The notes: generated from the sequence alone by a model not told the origin. Positions 8,536 through 17,970 are shown, counted from the stretch's first letter. The stretch: DNA of 64,000 nt from Acidimicrobiia bacterium (GCA_035316025.1 DATFXL010000102.1:1195-65194); one strand, 5' to 3'. Made by a program: numbers and translations.

Positions 8536-9971
8536 GACCTCACCTCCCGGGTGACGGGCTGGCTGCCGCCGGGCCCGTTGATCCAACCACCGATGACGGC
8601 GGAGAACAATCCGGCCCTTCCGCCGGCATGCACGACGAGGAGCCCGTCGTCGCCGAACTTCGGCACCGTCATCCCGGCGAGGCCGGCGGGCAACCCCTCG
8701 GCGATCCCGCCCGCGCCCCGCACGACCTCGTCACCGTCGAGTTGAAGGAGCGCGAGCAGCTCCTCACGCAGGCGCGCCTTCGACCAGCCCCCTTCGCGGA
8801 ACACGCGACCGTGCTCCGGAGAGACGACGAGGATCGCGTCGAAGCCCAGCGCCATCTTCGGGTGCGGCACGGCCCGGATGCACGCGGCGAGGGAGCGCGC
8901 GAGCGAGTCCGGGGTGCGGCTGAGCTGGTCGACGATGCCGCGCACGCCGTCACCGGCGAAGAGCGTCACGGCCGACGAATCGGCGGGGAGGCCCCGTTCG
9001 GCGTGCAACGGCTCCCACGGCGAACTCTCCTCGTCCTCGGCGAAGCAGAAGGTGTACTTGCCGGGGTTCCCGAGCGTCGCCCGGTCGATCTCGCCGGGGC
9101 GGCCGCCGCCGACGTTGCGCACGACGAGCTGCAGCGCCCGGCCGATCGTGGCGTTGGCGCGGTTTCCCTGGCCGAGCGCGTTGATCCCCGAGTTCATCCC
9201 GATCGCGTTCGCGACGGGGCCGTTCACGATCACGACCGGACCAGAGAAGTAGGTCGTCGCCAGCAGCCCGTGAATGTTGAACTCGTCCGTGCACGCGGCC
9301 TCGACGGTCGTGAGCACGACGGGCAGGTACTCGGGTTTGCACCCCGCCAACACGGCGTTGACCGCGACCTTTTCGACGGTGCACTCGACAAGGTCGGGCG
9401 GCACGATTGCCACCACGTCGTCCGGCGCGCGTGTCGTGCCCGTCAGCATCCGTGCGACCCGCTCGGCGGTCGGCGGCACGACCGGCAGCCCGTCGCTCCA
9501 GCCCCGCTCGAACACGGCCTCGACGTCGTCTTCCTGCGCGCCGAGGTCGATGCGGCGGGAGCGCAGGCGGGTGGCGCCGAGCGCGTCGGCGTGGGCGGCG
9601 GCGACGTCAGGGTCGAGGGTCCGCGAGCCACAGCCGGGCCGGTATTCGGGGAGCCCGGCGCCGAGTGGCGCCTGTCCCGTGAACGCCTCCCATTCCGACC
9701 GCATCCATCCCTCGGCCCGGGCGACGATCGCGCCGCCGTCGACGCGCAGCAGCGTCGGGACCGTTTCCAGCTCGAGCGCGAACGACACGTCGAGCGCGGT
9801 GTCGTCGACGACGTCGAGGCCATCCGGGAACGTGGGATCGTCCTGCGAGTAGACGGTGAGGCGGTCGTCGCCGTCGGCCAGGTCGGCGAGCACGGGAGCG
9901 ACGAGCCGGCACGTCGGGCAGTCACGCTTCACGATCGCGACGAGCCCGTCGGGCAGTGGCGGTGGGGTCAC
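8532..9971 (-). CDS. Thioredoxin-fold (CPTC) domain fused to an uncharacterised ~370-aa domain
   Basis: GTG 9971 overlaps the serC stop (GTGA). N-terminus VAIVKRDCPTCRLVAPVL...ETVPTLL shows a CxxC plus cis-Pro loop. The remainder is unassigned. The track ORF extension to 10475 is a shadow over serC. Confidence 0.75.
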   Translation of the reverse strand: MTPPPLPDGLVAIVKRDCPTCRLVAPVLADLADGDDRLTVYSQDDPTFPDGLDVVDDTALDVSFALELETVPTLLRVDGGAIVARAEGWMRSEWEAFTGQAPLGAGLPEYRPGCGSRTLDPDVAAAHADALGATRLRSRRIDLGAQEDDVEAVFERGWSDGLPVVPPTAERVARMLTGTTRAPDDVVAIVPPDLVECTVEKVAVNAVLAGCKPEYLPVVLTTVEAACTDEFNIHGLLATTYFSGPVVIVNGPVANAIGMNSGINALGQGNRANATIGRALQLVVRNVGGGRPGEIDRATLGNPGKYTFCFAEDEESSPWEPLHAERGLPADSSAVTLFAGDGVRGIVDQLSRTPDSLARSLAACIRAVPHPKMALGFDAILVVSPEHGRVFREGGWSKARLREELLALLQLDGDEVVRGAGGIAEGLPAGLAGMTVPKFGDDGLLVVHAGGRAGLFSAVIGGWINGPGGSQPVTREVRS

Positions 9972-11110
9972 GCTCGCTCGATCAGGTAGTCGATCGCCCG
10001 GGTGAGGGTTGCGAGGTCGTCGGGTTCGATGTTCGGGAACATCGCGATGCGCAGCTGGTTCCGGCCGAGCTTGCGGTACGACTCGGTGTCGAGGATCGCG
10101 TTCGCGCGTAGCTGGGCCGCGAGCCACTTGGCGTCGATCGGTTCCGCGAAGTCGATCGTTGCGGTGACGCGGCTGCGCTCGTCGGGCTTCGCCACGAACG
10201 GGGCCGCGTGCCGATGGGACTCGGCCCAGCCGTAGACGATCTCGGCCGACCGGTCGCAGCGCGAAGCCGCCCATTCGAGCCCGCCGTGGCCGAGCAGCCA
10301 GTCGAGCTGGTCGGCGACGAGGAACAGGGTCGCCAGCGCGGGCGTGTTGTAGGTCTGGTCGAGGCGGGAGTTCTCGAGCGCGATCGCGAGACTCAGCGAG
10401 GGCGGGATCCAACGTCCGGAGCCCGCGATGCGCTCGATGCGCTCGGTCGCCGCCGGTGAGCAGCACGCGAGCCACAGCCCTCCCTCGCCACCGAGGACCT
10501 TCTGCGGCGCGAAGTAATAGACGTCGAACTGCATGGGGTCGACGCGCAGCCCGCCGGCGGCGGAGGTGGCGTCGACGACGACCAGCCCTCGCTGCGCGTC
10601 GACGCTGTCCGGCCGCCGCACCTCGGTCATCACGCCCGTGGACGTCTCGTTGTGCGGGTAGGCATAGACGTCGACGTCGGGGACCTCGCGCAGCGCCGGA
10701 TGCGTGCCGGGCGCCGACTCGATCACGCGGGGGTCTTCGAGGTGGGGGACCCCGGTGGCGGCGGCGGCGAACTTGGCCGAGAACTCGCCGAAGCTGAGGT
10801 GCTCGCTGCGCCGGTCGATCAGGCCGAAGACGGCCGCGTCCCAGAACACCGTGGTGCCGCCCACGCCGAGCATCACCTCGTACCCGTCCGGGAGCCCGAA
10901 CAGGTCGGTCAGCCCGGCCCGGATGCGGCGCACGACGGCGCGCACGCCTTCGCGCCGGTGGCTGGTGCCGAGGTACGTCGGGGCCGCGGCGGCGAGTGCG
11001 TCGACGGCCTCGGCGCGGATCTTCGACGGCCCCGAACCGAACCGGCCGTCCGATGGCAGCAGCTCGGAGGGGACGTGAATCGGGGTCGTGTCATCCCGGG
11101 CCGGCGTCAC
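9968..11110 (-). CDS. serC: Phosphoserine aminotransferase (actinobacterial type)
   Basis: 380 aa. LPSDGRFGSGPSKIR...YLGTSHRR... matches mycobacterial-type SerC. Confidence 0.9.
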   Translation of the reverse strand: MTPARDDTTPIHVPSELLPSDGRFGSGPSKIRAEAVDALAAAAPTYLGTSHRREGVRAVVRRIRAGLTDLFGLPDGYEVMLGVGGTTVFWDAAVFGLIDRRSEHLSFGEFSAKFAAAATGVPHLEDPRVIESAPGTHPALREVPDVDVYAYPHNETSTGVMTEVRRPDSVDAQRGLVVVDATSAAGGLRVDPMQFDVYYFAPQKVLGGEGGLWLACCSPAATERIERIAGSGRWIPPSLSLAIALENSRLDQTYNTPALATLFLVADQLDWLLGHGGLEWAASRCDRSAEIVYGWAESHRHAAPFVAKPDERSRVTATIDFAEPIDAKWLAAQLRANAILDTESYRKLGRNQLRIAMFPNIEPDDLATLTRAIDYLIERA

Positions 11111-11219
11111 GCGCCCACGGTACAGAGCGGCCGCGCGGGCGCTGCCGACATTGGCTCGGGTGTGGGAGCGGCCGCGATGCGATATACCCTACCGGGGTAT
11201 CCCACGAGGAGGTGATGCC

Positions 11220-12107
11220 ATGAGTCTCACCGTCTTGGTCGCGGGAGCGACCGGCCGGTTCCGCCCGATCGTCCCGATGCTCGTCCAGCGTGGGCATCGA
11301 GTGCGCGCCGGTACGCGTGATCCCGGGTCGGCGGCAGCTCTCGAGCTGGCAGCCCTCGGTGCCGAACCGACGGTCTGCGACTTCGACGACCTGTCGACCA
11401 TCGAGGACGCGGCCCGGGGCGCCGATGCCGTGTTCGCCACCGGAACTGCGCACCGGGTCGGGCCCGACGGCGAGGTCCGACACGGGAACAATCTCGTCGA
11501 AGCCGTGAACGCGGCCGTCATCGGCCACGTCGTGTACACGTCGGGAGCCGGCGCCGATCGACACACGGGTGTGGGCGTCTTCGAACGCAAGTGGCAGGTC
11601 GAAGAGCGGCTGACGGATCGCCGTCTGCCGACCACGATCCTCGCCCCCGTCTTCCTCATGGAGAACGTCTTCAACCCCTGGAACCTGCCGGCTCTCGCGG
11701 CCGGCGTGTTCCCGAGCCCAACGTCACCGACGCGCGCGATCCAGCAGATCCCGATTGCCGACATCGCCACGTTTGCCGTGTACGCGCTCGAACATCGCGG
11801 AGATCTCGTTGGCCAGCGCATCGAGCTCGCGTCCGACTCGCTCGACGCGATCGAAGAGGCGCGCGTCATTTCGTCGGTGTCTGGCCGTCGGCTCGAAGTG
11901 CGCGAGGCCACGCCCGCCGGCGCCCTGCGCGGGTTGTTCGAGTGGCTCGAACGTGTGGGCTTCTCGGTCGACATCGCGGCGCTCCGACGCGACTTTCCGA
12001 CTGTTCCGTGGCACTCGTTCAGCGACTGGGCTGTCGAGCAGGACTGGACCACGTTGGACCCACCTGTACATGTCGGCGATCCCACCGGCTGCTCGACTCG
12101 GCAATGA
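11220..12107 (+). CDS. NmrA family NAD(P)-binding protein
   Basis: ATG 11220 gives MSLTVLVAGATGRFRPIVPMLVQRGHRVRAGTRD (Rossmann GxxGxxG). Upstream track residues look non-coding. Confidence 0.75.
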   Translation: MSLTVLVAGATGRFRPIVPMLVQRGHRVRAGTRDPGSAAALELAALGAEPTVCDFDDLSTIEDAARGADAVFATGTAHRVGPDGEVRHGNNLVEAVNAAVIGHVVYTSGAGADRHTGVGVFERKWQVEERLTDRRLPTTILAPVFLMENVFNPWNLPALAAGVFPSPTSPTRAIQQIPIADIATFAVYALEHRGDLVGQRIELASDSLDAIEEARVISSVSGRRLEVREATPAGALRGLFEWLERVGFSVDIAALRRDFPTVPWHSFSDWAVEQDWTTLDPPVHVGDPTGCSTRQ

Positions 12108-12163
12108 AAGACGAACGTCAGGCCGATCGCTACGCCGCTTGGAGACGGGGCCGCCAACCGCCG

Positions 12164-12183
12164 GGCACGAGCCGGCTCGTGCC
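12164..12183. terminator. Hairpin between convergent genes
   Basis: GGCACGAG-CCGG-CTCGTGCC, 8-bp perfect stem, no clear U-tract. Confidence 0.35.
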
Positions 12184-12230
12184 GACGGCGCCGGTGACGA
12201 CAGCCGCTGCGGCCACCACTGCGATCCGGC

Positions 12231-12860
12231 TCAGCGCGTCGCGGAGCGTTCGGTGGTGTCGCCCGTCAGCTCCCGGTACCAGGCGGGCCGCTCGGTGCGG
12301 GCCCAATAGGGCGTGACGCCCCCGCGGGTCATGCCGCCGAGTGCAATCGGATCGCGGATGGCGAAGAAGATGTGGCCGAGCACGGCGACCCAGATGCCGA
12401 AGGCGAACCAGTCGTGCACGAACGTCGCGCCCGTGCGCAGGTCGTTGGAGAACGGGCTCGGCCAGCGCAGCATCAACCCGGTGGCGAGCATGACGACGAC
12501 GGCGCCGGCGAAGAACGTGGCGTTGAGCTTCTGGCCGGCGTTGAACTTGCCCGTGTCGAGGCGGCCGGGCCGGACACGATTGCGACGGCGAAACCAGCGA
12601 GCGTCGTCTCGCGTCCAGCGGTTGATACGCGCAACGTCGCGGCGGAGCTGACTGCCCCACCGTCCGCCGAGGGCGACGAGCACGGGCACGGGTAGGAGGA
12701 TGCCGGCGTAAACGTGTACCTGCCGGAAGAGCTCGCGCCGTCCGAACATCGCCGAGAACGGGCCTGCGTACAACACCGCGCCGGTGAGCATCAGCACGCC
12801 GAAGAGCGCGGCCGTGGTCCAGTGAGCGACGCGCTCGACGCGGTCGAAGCGCGGGATCAT
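12231..12860 (-). CDS. Cytochrome b family membrane protein (Ni-hydrogenase/FdnI-type cytochrome b)
   Basis: ATG 12860 gives MIPRFDRVERVAHWTTAALFGVLMLTG. 4 TM helices with conserved His. Lies 7 nt after the Moco-oxidoreductase gene. Confidence 0.7.
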   Translation of the reverse strand: MIPRFDRVERVAHWTTAALFGVLMLTGAVLYAGPFSAMFGRRELFRQVHVYAGILLPVPVLVALGGRWGSQLRRDVARINRWTRDDARWFRRRNRVRPGRLDTGKFNAGQKLNATFFAGAVVVMLATGLMLRWPSPFSNDLRTGATFVHDWFAFGIWVAVLGHIFFAIRDPIALGGMTRGGVTPYWARTERPAWYRELTGDTTERSATR

Positions 12861-12867
12861 GTCGGGA

Positions 12868-13566
12868 TCACGTTGTGCTGTCGTCACGGTTGTTGGAGCG
12901 TCCGACCCAGGCGTCGACGTCGTAGCCGCGGTTCTCCCAGTAGCCCGGGACGACCTCATCGGTCACCTCGATGCGCTCGAGCCACTTGATCGACTTGTAG
13001 CCGTACATCGGCGCCACGTAGAGCCGGACGGGGCCGCCGTGGGCGTCCGAAAGGTTCTCGCCTTCCAGCTCGTAGGCGACGAGCACGTCGTCGCGGCGCG
13101 CTTGCTTCAGCGTGAGGCTCTCGGTGTACGTGCCGTCGAAGGACCGGAAGCGCAGCGCTTTCGCGGACGGCTGCACGCCGGCGCGGTCGAGCACATCGGC
13201 GAGCCGGACGCCCTTCCATTTCACGTCGAAGACGCGCCAACCCGTGACGCACTGAAAGTCGCGGCTGAGGCCGGCGGGCTGCATCGTGCGGAGATCGCCA
13301 TAGCTGAGCGCCAACGGCTGATCGACGAGGCCGGCGACCTGCAGGCGATACTCGTCGTGGCCGCGATGCGGCATCGAGCCCGTGACCGAATAGATGCGGA
13401 ATCGGCCGATCGGCAGGAGCCCCGACAGCCCGGTGCCGTCTTTGGCCAGGTACGGGCCCACCTGCCGCTCGAGCCATCGCTGGACGTTCGAGCCCCAGAG
13501 GATCCCCGCCGCGCCCACCCCCAGCAGTCCGAGGAACACCCGCCGTCCGACCGGTGCACCGTCCAT
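12868..13566 (-). CDS. Molybdopterin-dependent oxidoreductase (sulfite oxidase/MsrP-like)
   Basis: ATG 13566 gives MDGAPVGRRVFLGLLGVGAAG (Tat-like). FQCVTGW and YGYKSIKWL motifs are present. Confidence 0.8.
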   Translation of the reverse strand: MDGAPVGRRVFLGLLGVGAAGILWGSNVQRWLERQVGPYLAKDGTGLSGLLPIGRFRIYSVTGSMPHRGHDEYRLQVAGLVDQPLALSYGDLRTMQPAGLSRDFQCVTGWRVFDVKWKGVRLADVLDRAGVQPSAKALRFRSFDGTYTESLTLKQARRDDVLVAYELEGENLSDAHGGPVRLYVAPMYGYKSIKWLERIEVTDEVVPGYWENRGYDVDAWVGRSNNRDDSTT

Positions 13567-13628
13567 GCGCTCAGGATAGGAACCCCACCCCTCCGCGCCG
13601 GTGTCGCGATCCGGAATTCCCGGAACGC

Positions 13629-14996
13629 TCAGGCGCCGAGTGCCACTACCTCGGCGAAGCCGGCTTCGACGGACGCGGCGAACTCGGGCGCGTCGGGGAT
13701 CGCGACCGCGTCGGCGTTGATTCCGATGCAGCACGTGTCGCAGTGCGACAGCAACGTGACGTTGGCCGCGGTGCCCGACAGGGGGCCGAAGGGGTACATG
13801 CGCTCGAGCTCGGCGCCCGCGACGTACAACGGGAACGGCGAGCCCGGCACGTTGCTCGTGACGAAGTCGGATCCCTTCAGCATGGCGCCGAAGAACGCGG
13901 TGGTCATTCGCGACGGGAGCTGGTTGAGCACCATTGCGACGGCGTCGGTGAGGCCGATCGCCGGTTCGTCGCGTACGCCTTGGGCGAGGTGTCCGAGGGC
14001 TCGCATCCGCTCCTCGGGGTCGGCGATCTGGAGCGGGACGAGGAACCGGGACGGCGTGAAGTGATTCCCGCCGAGAGCGGCGCCCTCGCCCCGGAGGTTG
14101 ATGGGCATCATCATCCGCAGCTCGGCCGGCTCGACGTCGTGTTGCTCGTGGTAGCGCTGTATGCCGCCGACGACGGACGCGAGAAACGCGTCGTTGAGCG
14201 AGCCGCCGACCGACTTGGCGGCGCGCTTCAAGTCGTCCAGTGGCACGTCGAGCGTCGCCAGGCTGCGAGCGAGGCTGCGAGCACCGATGATCGGCGAGCG
14301 GGGCGTGGTCGCCGGCGCAAGGAAGGACGCCAAGGACCGCGCCATCCGGCCGGCTTCCTTCAACGCGGCCTCGGGGTCACGGGTGACGTCGCGTGCCGCG
14401 TGGACCGTGTTGGCGAGCGCGTGCTGGACGATGGCCCAGGCTCGCTGCCGTTGGTAGTCAAGGGAGCGGCCGAGGAGCGCGATCGGCGTCAAAGCGGGGA
14501 GATCGTGGAGCTCGACCGTCCGCGCCGGTGATTCCGGCTCGCGCTCGAGGTCGAACAGCATCATCAGGAGCTTCATGCCGCCGACACCATCGGTCATCGA
14601 GTGGTGCACCTTGATGACGAACGCCGCCCGGCCGCCTTCGAGCCCGTCCACGACCGTGTACTCCCACAGGGGCCGGACGCGGTCGAAGCCGGCCATGGCG
14701 GCATTGCGAGCGAGGTCGAGCACCGAGTCGAAGTTGCCGGGGTCGGGGGCGCGCACGCGGCGCAGGTGATACGACAGGTCGAAGTTTGGATCGGCGGACC
14801 AGCACGGTGGTCCGACGCGCGGGAGCGGCGTCACAACGCGTTGGCGCAGGCGGGGGATGAGGCGGCTGCCACGATCGACCCGCTCGACCAGCGCATCCCA
14901 GTCCGGGCTGCGGTCGAGTGTCAGGATCGTGACGACCGTCGAGCGGAGCGTGGGGTCCTTCTCAACGGTCCACATGAGCGCGTCGGCGTCGCTCAT
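13629..14996 (-). CDS. Wax ester synthase/diacylglycerol acyltransferase (WS/DGAT)
   Basis: HHSMTDGVGG catalytic HHxxxDG motif. ATG 14996 (MSDADALMWTVEKDPTLRST) fits the 44-nt gap to the upstream gene. Confidence 0.85.
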   Translation of the reverse strand: MSDADALMWTVEKDPTLRSTVVTILTLDRSPDWDALVERVDRGSRLIPRLRQRVVTPLPRVGPPCWSADPNFDLSYHLRRVRAPDPGNFDSVLDLARNAAMAGFDRVRPLWEYTVVDGLEGGRAAFVIKVHHSMTDGVGGMKLLMMLFDLEREPESPARTVELHDLPALTPIALLGRSLDYQRQRAWAIVQHALANTVHAARDVTRDPEAALKEAGRMARSLASFLAPATTPRSPIIGARSLARSLATLDVPLDDLKRAAKSVGGSLNDAFLASVVGGIQRYHEQHDVEPAELRMMMPINLRGEGAALGGNHFTPSRFLVPLQIADPEERMRALGHLAQGVRDEPAIGLTDAVAMVLNQLPSRMTTAFFGAMLKGSDFVTSNVPGSPFPLYVAGAELERMYPFGPLSGTAANVTLLSHCDTCCIGINADAVAIPDAPEFAASVEAGFAEVVALGA

Positions 14997-15040
14997 CTGG
15001 AGATCGAACTCGGCGGCCCCCGCCACGGGCCCAGCGTGCG

Positions 15041-16234
15041 CTATGCGCCGTACTTCTGCAAGCGGCCCGCGTTCGCCAGCATCAGCGCCATGAGCTCCTT
15101 GGTGGGACGGAGACCGAGACCACCGTGCCGGCACCAACGCTCGCCGAACCGGTCGACGTCGTCGCGACCGCACCGCTCACTCCACAGCAGTGCCGGCACC
15201 GGGTGCCAGGAGTGCGCGGCCATCTGCGTCGGCGTGGAGTGGTCGCCCGACACTGCGATCACATCGGGCAGAAGCGCCCGCAGCTCGGGGACGACGGCGT
15301 CGAGCTGCTCGATCGCGGCGATCTTGCGGGGGCGGTCGCCGTCCTCGCCGGCGGAATCCGTCCCCTTGTGGTGGACGAAGAAGTAGTCGTAATCCTCCCA
15401 GCCGTCGCGTAGGACCTGCAGCTCGTCGGTCAGTGTCGTGGGCCGGCCGAGCACGTCCATCCCGAGCAGCCGGGCGATGCCGCGGTACATCGGGTAGATC
15501 GCGACGGCAGCGGCGCGCAGGCCGTACCGCTCTGCGAAGCCGGGAAGCTCCCGGTGCGTGTCGAAGCCACGCAACAGGATGCCGTTCGCCTTCGGCTCGC
15601 CGGCCAGGACGTTTTGCACCTGGGTGACGAGCTCGGTGACGAGCTCGGCCGTGTGCTTCGCCTCAGGCTCCAGCGGCTGCGGGTCGAGCGGCGCGACGCC
15701 TTCGCGCTGCGGGTCGGTGTCGGTCAGCGCGGGGTCGAGGCCGGCGCCGCGCAGCACGACGAGCAAGCGGTGCTCCCGTTCGTGCCGGAAGAACACCTCG
15801 GCGCCGTCCAGGCGCACGCCGTCCTCGAGCTTGGCGACGGCGGCGGTCGCTTCGGCGTCGGGGACGCGCCCGGCACGCCGGTCGGCGACGGTGCCGTCGC
15901 CGGCGAGCGTGCAGAGGTTGCCCCGAGCGGCGACGTCGCCCGTGCGCAGCTCGAAGTCGAGCCCGGCCGCGCTGAGCGCACCGCGTCCGAGCTCGAAGCG
16001 CCCGGGGTCGTAGCCGAACAGACCGAGGTGCCCGGGGCCGGACCCGGGCGTGATGCCGGGGCCGACCGGTTCGACGAGACCGGAGATCGCTTCGGTCGCG
16101 AGCCGGTCGAGATTCGGCGTCGCGGCCTCCTCGAGCTCGGTGCCGTACTCGGTGTCGGCATAGCCGCCGAGGCCGTCCATGACGACGAGCAACATCTTCG
16201 TGTCCGCGGCCTGGATCAGTCGCGTGACGTCCAT
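15041..16234 (-). CDS. Cofactor-independent phosphoglycerate mutase, ApgM/archaeal type
   Basis: 397 aa. MLLVVMDGLGG...PNLDRLA...HSTPTQM... matches the metalloenzyme superfamily pattern. Confidence 0.8.
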   Translation of the reverse strand: MDVTRLIQAADTKMLLVVMDGLGGYADTEYGTELEEAATPNLDRLATEAISGLVEPVGPGITPGSGPGHLGLFGYDPGRFELGRGALSAAGLDFELRTGDVAARGNLCTLAGDGTVADRRAGRVPDAEATAAVAKLEDGVRLDGAEVFFRHEREHRLLVVLRGAGLDPALTDTDPQREGVAPLDPQPLEPEAKHTAELVTELVTQVQNVLAGEPKANGILLRGFDTHRELPGFAERYGLRAAAVAIYPMYRGIARLLGMDVLGRPTTLTDELQVLRDGWEDYDYFFVHHKGTDSAGEDGDRPRKIAAIEQLDAVVPELRALLPDVIAVSGDHSTPTQMAAHSWHPVPALLWSERCGRDDVDRFGERWCRHGGLGLRPTKELMALMLANAGRLQKYGA

Positions 16235-16252
16235 GGGCTCACCGTACCGCCG

Positions 16253-17026
16253 CTACCGCTGCTGGCCGCGGCCCCGTTCGACGACGGCCGCTCGTCGTCG
16301 GTCGATCTCGGACGAATCGACGCGGAAGTTGCGGAACCGTTCCTGCTCGAGCGCGAGCGCATCGCCGACGCTCACCTCGGAGCCGCGGTCGTACAGCTGC
16401 TTCAGATTGCGGACGGCCTGCTGGTCGTTGCCCGCGATGTCGGTCGCCAGGCGGTGGGCGGTCGGCAGTAGCTTGTCGTGGGCGACCACGTGGTTCACCA
16501 CCCGCAGCGCGAGCGCCTCGGTGGCGTCGACGAAGTTTCCGGTGAGACTCATCTCCTTCGCCCGGCGCAGGCCGACGGTCTGGGGAAGGAACACGCTCAT
16601 CCCTCCGCCCGGGGTCACGCCCACGCGCGCGTGGGTGTCGCCGAACGTCGCTCGCTCGGACGCGACGAGGAAGTCGCAACCCAATGCAAGCTCGAATCCA
16701 CCGGTCACCGCGGGACCGTTGATCGCGCCGATGACCGGCTTCGTCATCGTCCACAGCACGGTGAACGGGCTGCGATGCTCGTCGTCGCGTCCGCCGACGA
16801 GGTTCTCGGCGGTCGTGCCGAGCTCCCGGAGGTCGAGGCCGGCGCAGAACGCGGGGTCGGCGCCGGTGAGGACGACAACGTCGACGCCGTCGTCGGACTC
16901 GGCGGCCCCGAGCGCGATCGCGAACTCACGCTGCAGCTCGCTGTTCATCGCGTTGCGGGCGTCGGGACGATTGAGTGTGACCGTGCACACGCGATCGGCC
17001 ATTCCCGACAAAACCGTTTCGCCCAT
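16253..17026 (-). CDS. Enoyl-CoA hydratase/isomerase family protein
   Basis: Crotonase fold: NRPDARNAM...FCAGLDL...AINGPAVTGGFELALGCD. Confidence 0.9.
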   Translation of the reverse strand: MGETVLSGMADRVCTVTLNRPDARNAMNSELQREFAIALGAAESDDGVDVVVLTGADPAFCAGLDLRELGTTAENLVGGRDDEHRSPFTVLWTMTKPVIGAINGPAVTGGFELALGCDFLVASERATFGDTHARVGVTPGGGMSVFLPQTVGLRRAKEMSLTGNFVDATEALALRVVNHVVAHDKLLPTAHRLATDIAGNDQQAVRNLKQLYDRGSEVSVGDALALEQERFRNFRVDSSEIDRRRAAVVERGRGQQR

Positions 17027-17202
17027 GGCTTGACCTTAGTAATGCTTCACCGATGGACACTCGGGAGCTCGACCCGGCCGCGCCGGCGGGTTTCCACATC
17101 TCTGACACGCCGGCGTGGGGTCATTTCGTCAATGTCGAGCACCTGGTCATGCGCCGGTTCGGGCGCGTTCTGAGGGTGCCTGCCGGCCGGTAGCTTGCGG
17201 GC

Positions 17203-17970
17203 GTGGCTGCCGCCGTGTTCACAGGTGTCGGCGTCGCGCTCGTGACGCTGTTCGACGACCGGGGCGAGCTGGACGCGCCGGCCACGGCGGACCTCGCCGC
17301 CCGGCTCGTCGACCTGGGGATGCGCGCCGTCGTGGTCGCGGGCACGACGGGAGAGGCCGCCGCCCTCGAGGCCGGCGAGCGCATCGCGCTGCTCGAAGCG
17401 GTCCGGCGCCGAGTTCCCTTGTCGGTCCCCGTGATCGCAGGCACCGGGGCGCCGTCGGCTCGGCAGGCCGCCGCGCTCACGCGCGACGCCGTCGAGCGAG
17501 GCGCCGACGCGGTGCTGACGCTGTCGCCGCCGGGCGTGGCTGACCCTCGGGCCTACTTCGACGCGGTCGCGAAGGCCGCCGGCGGGGCACCCGTCCTCGC
17601 CTATCACTACCCGAAGGCTGCGCCGCCGGGCATCGCCGTGCGCTTCATCGGCGACCTCCCCGTCGCTGGCATCAAGGACTCCTCGGGAGACGCGGAGCGG
17701 CTGCTGCACGAGCTCGACCGGTACGAGGGGGCGATCTACACGGGGTCGTCTGCGCTGTTGTCGTTCGCGGGGCCGCTCGGGTGCGCCGGCGCCATCCTGT
17801 CCCTCGCCAATGCAGAGCCCGAACGGTGCATGCGGGCGTTCACCGGCGACGTGGTGGCCCAGGGCGCACTGTTGCAATCGCACCTGGCCGCCCACGAGAG
17901 CTTCCCCCGCGGCCTCAAGGAGATGGTCGCGGCGCGCTTCGGGACGTCGACGGTGTGCCGGGTCGCGTAG
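17203..17970 (+). CDS. Dihydrodipicolinate synthase/N-acetylneuraminate lyase family protein
   Basis: GVALVTLFD...VVVAGTTGEAAALEAGER. At 255 aa it is short for the family. Confidence 0.7.
   Translation: MAAAVFTGVGVALVTLFDDRGELDAPATADLAARLVDLGMRAVVVAGTTGEAAALEAGERIALLEAVRRRVPLSVPVIAGTGAPSARQAAALTRDAVERGADAVLTLSPPGVADPRAYFDAVAKAAGGAPVLAYHYPKAAPPGIAVRFIGDLPVAGIKDSSGDAERLLHELDRYEGAIYTGSSALLSFAGPLGCAGAILSLANAEPERCMRAFTGDVVAQGALLQSHLAAHESFPRGLKEMVAARFGTSTVCRVA

Noticed and set aside
8536-8586. Track start ATG 8586 for the upstream half of the selenoprotein
   Set aside because: It would overlap the upstream gene by 55 nt and adds MDQRARRQPARHPGGEV. ATG 8535 has a Shine-Dalgarno and the ATGA coupling overlap.
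9972-10475. 5' extension of the Trx-fusion ORF into serC
   Set aside because: The extension has Arg/Pro-rich shadow composition. GTG 9971 gives a clean GTGA junction with serC and starts right at the thioredoxin fold.
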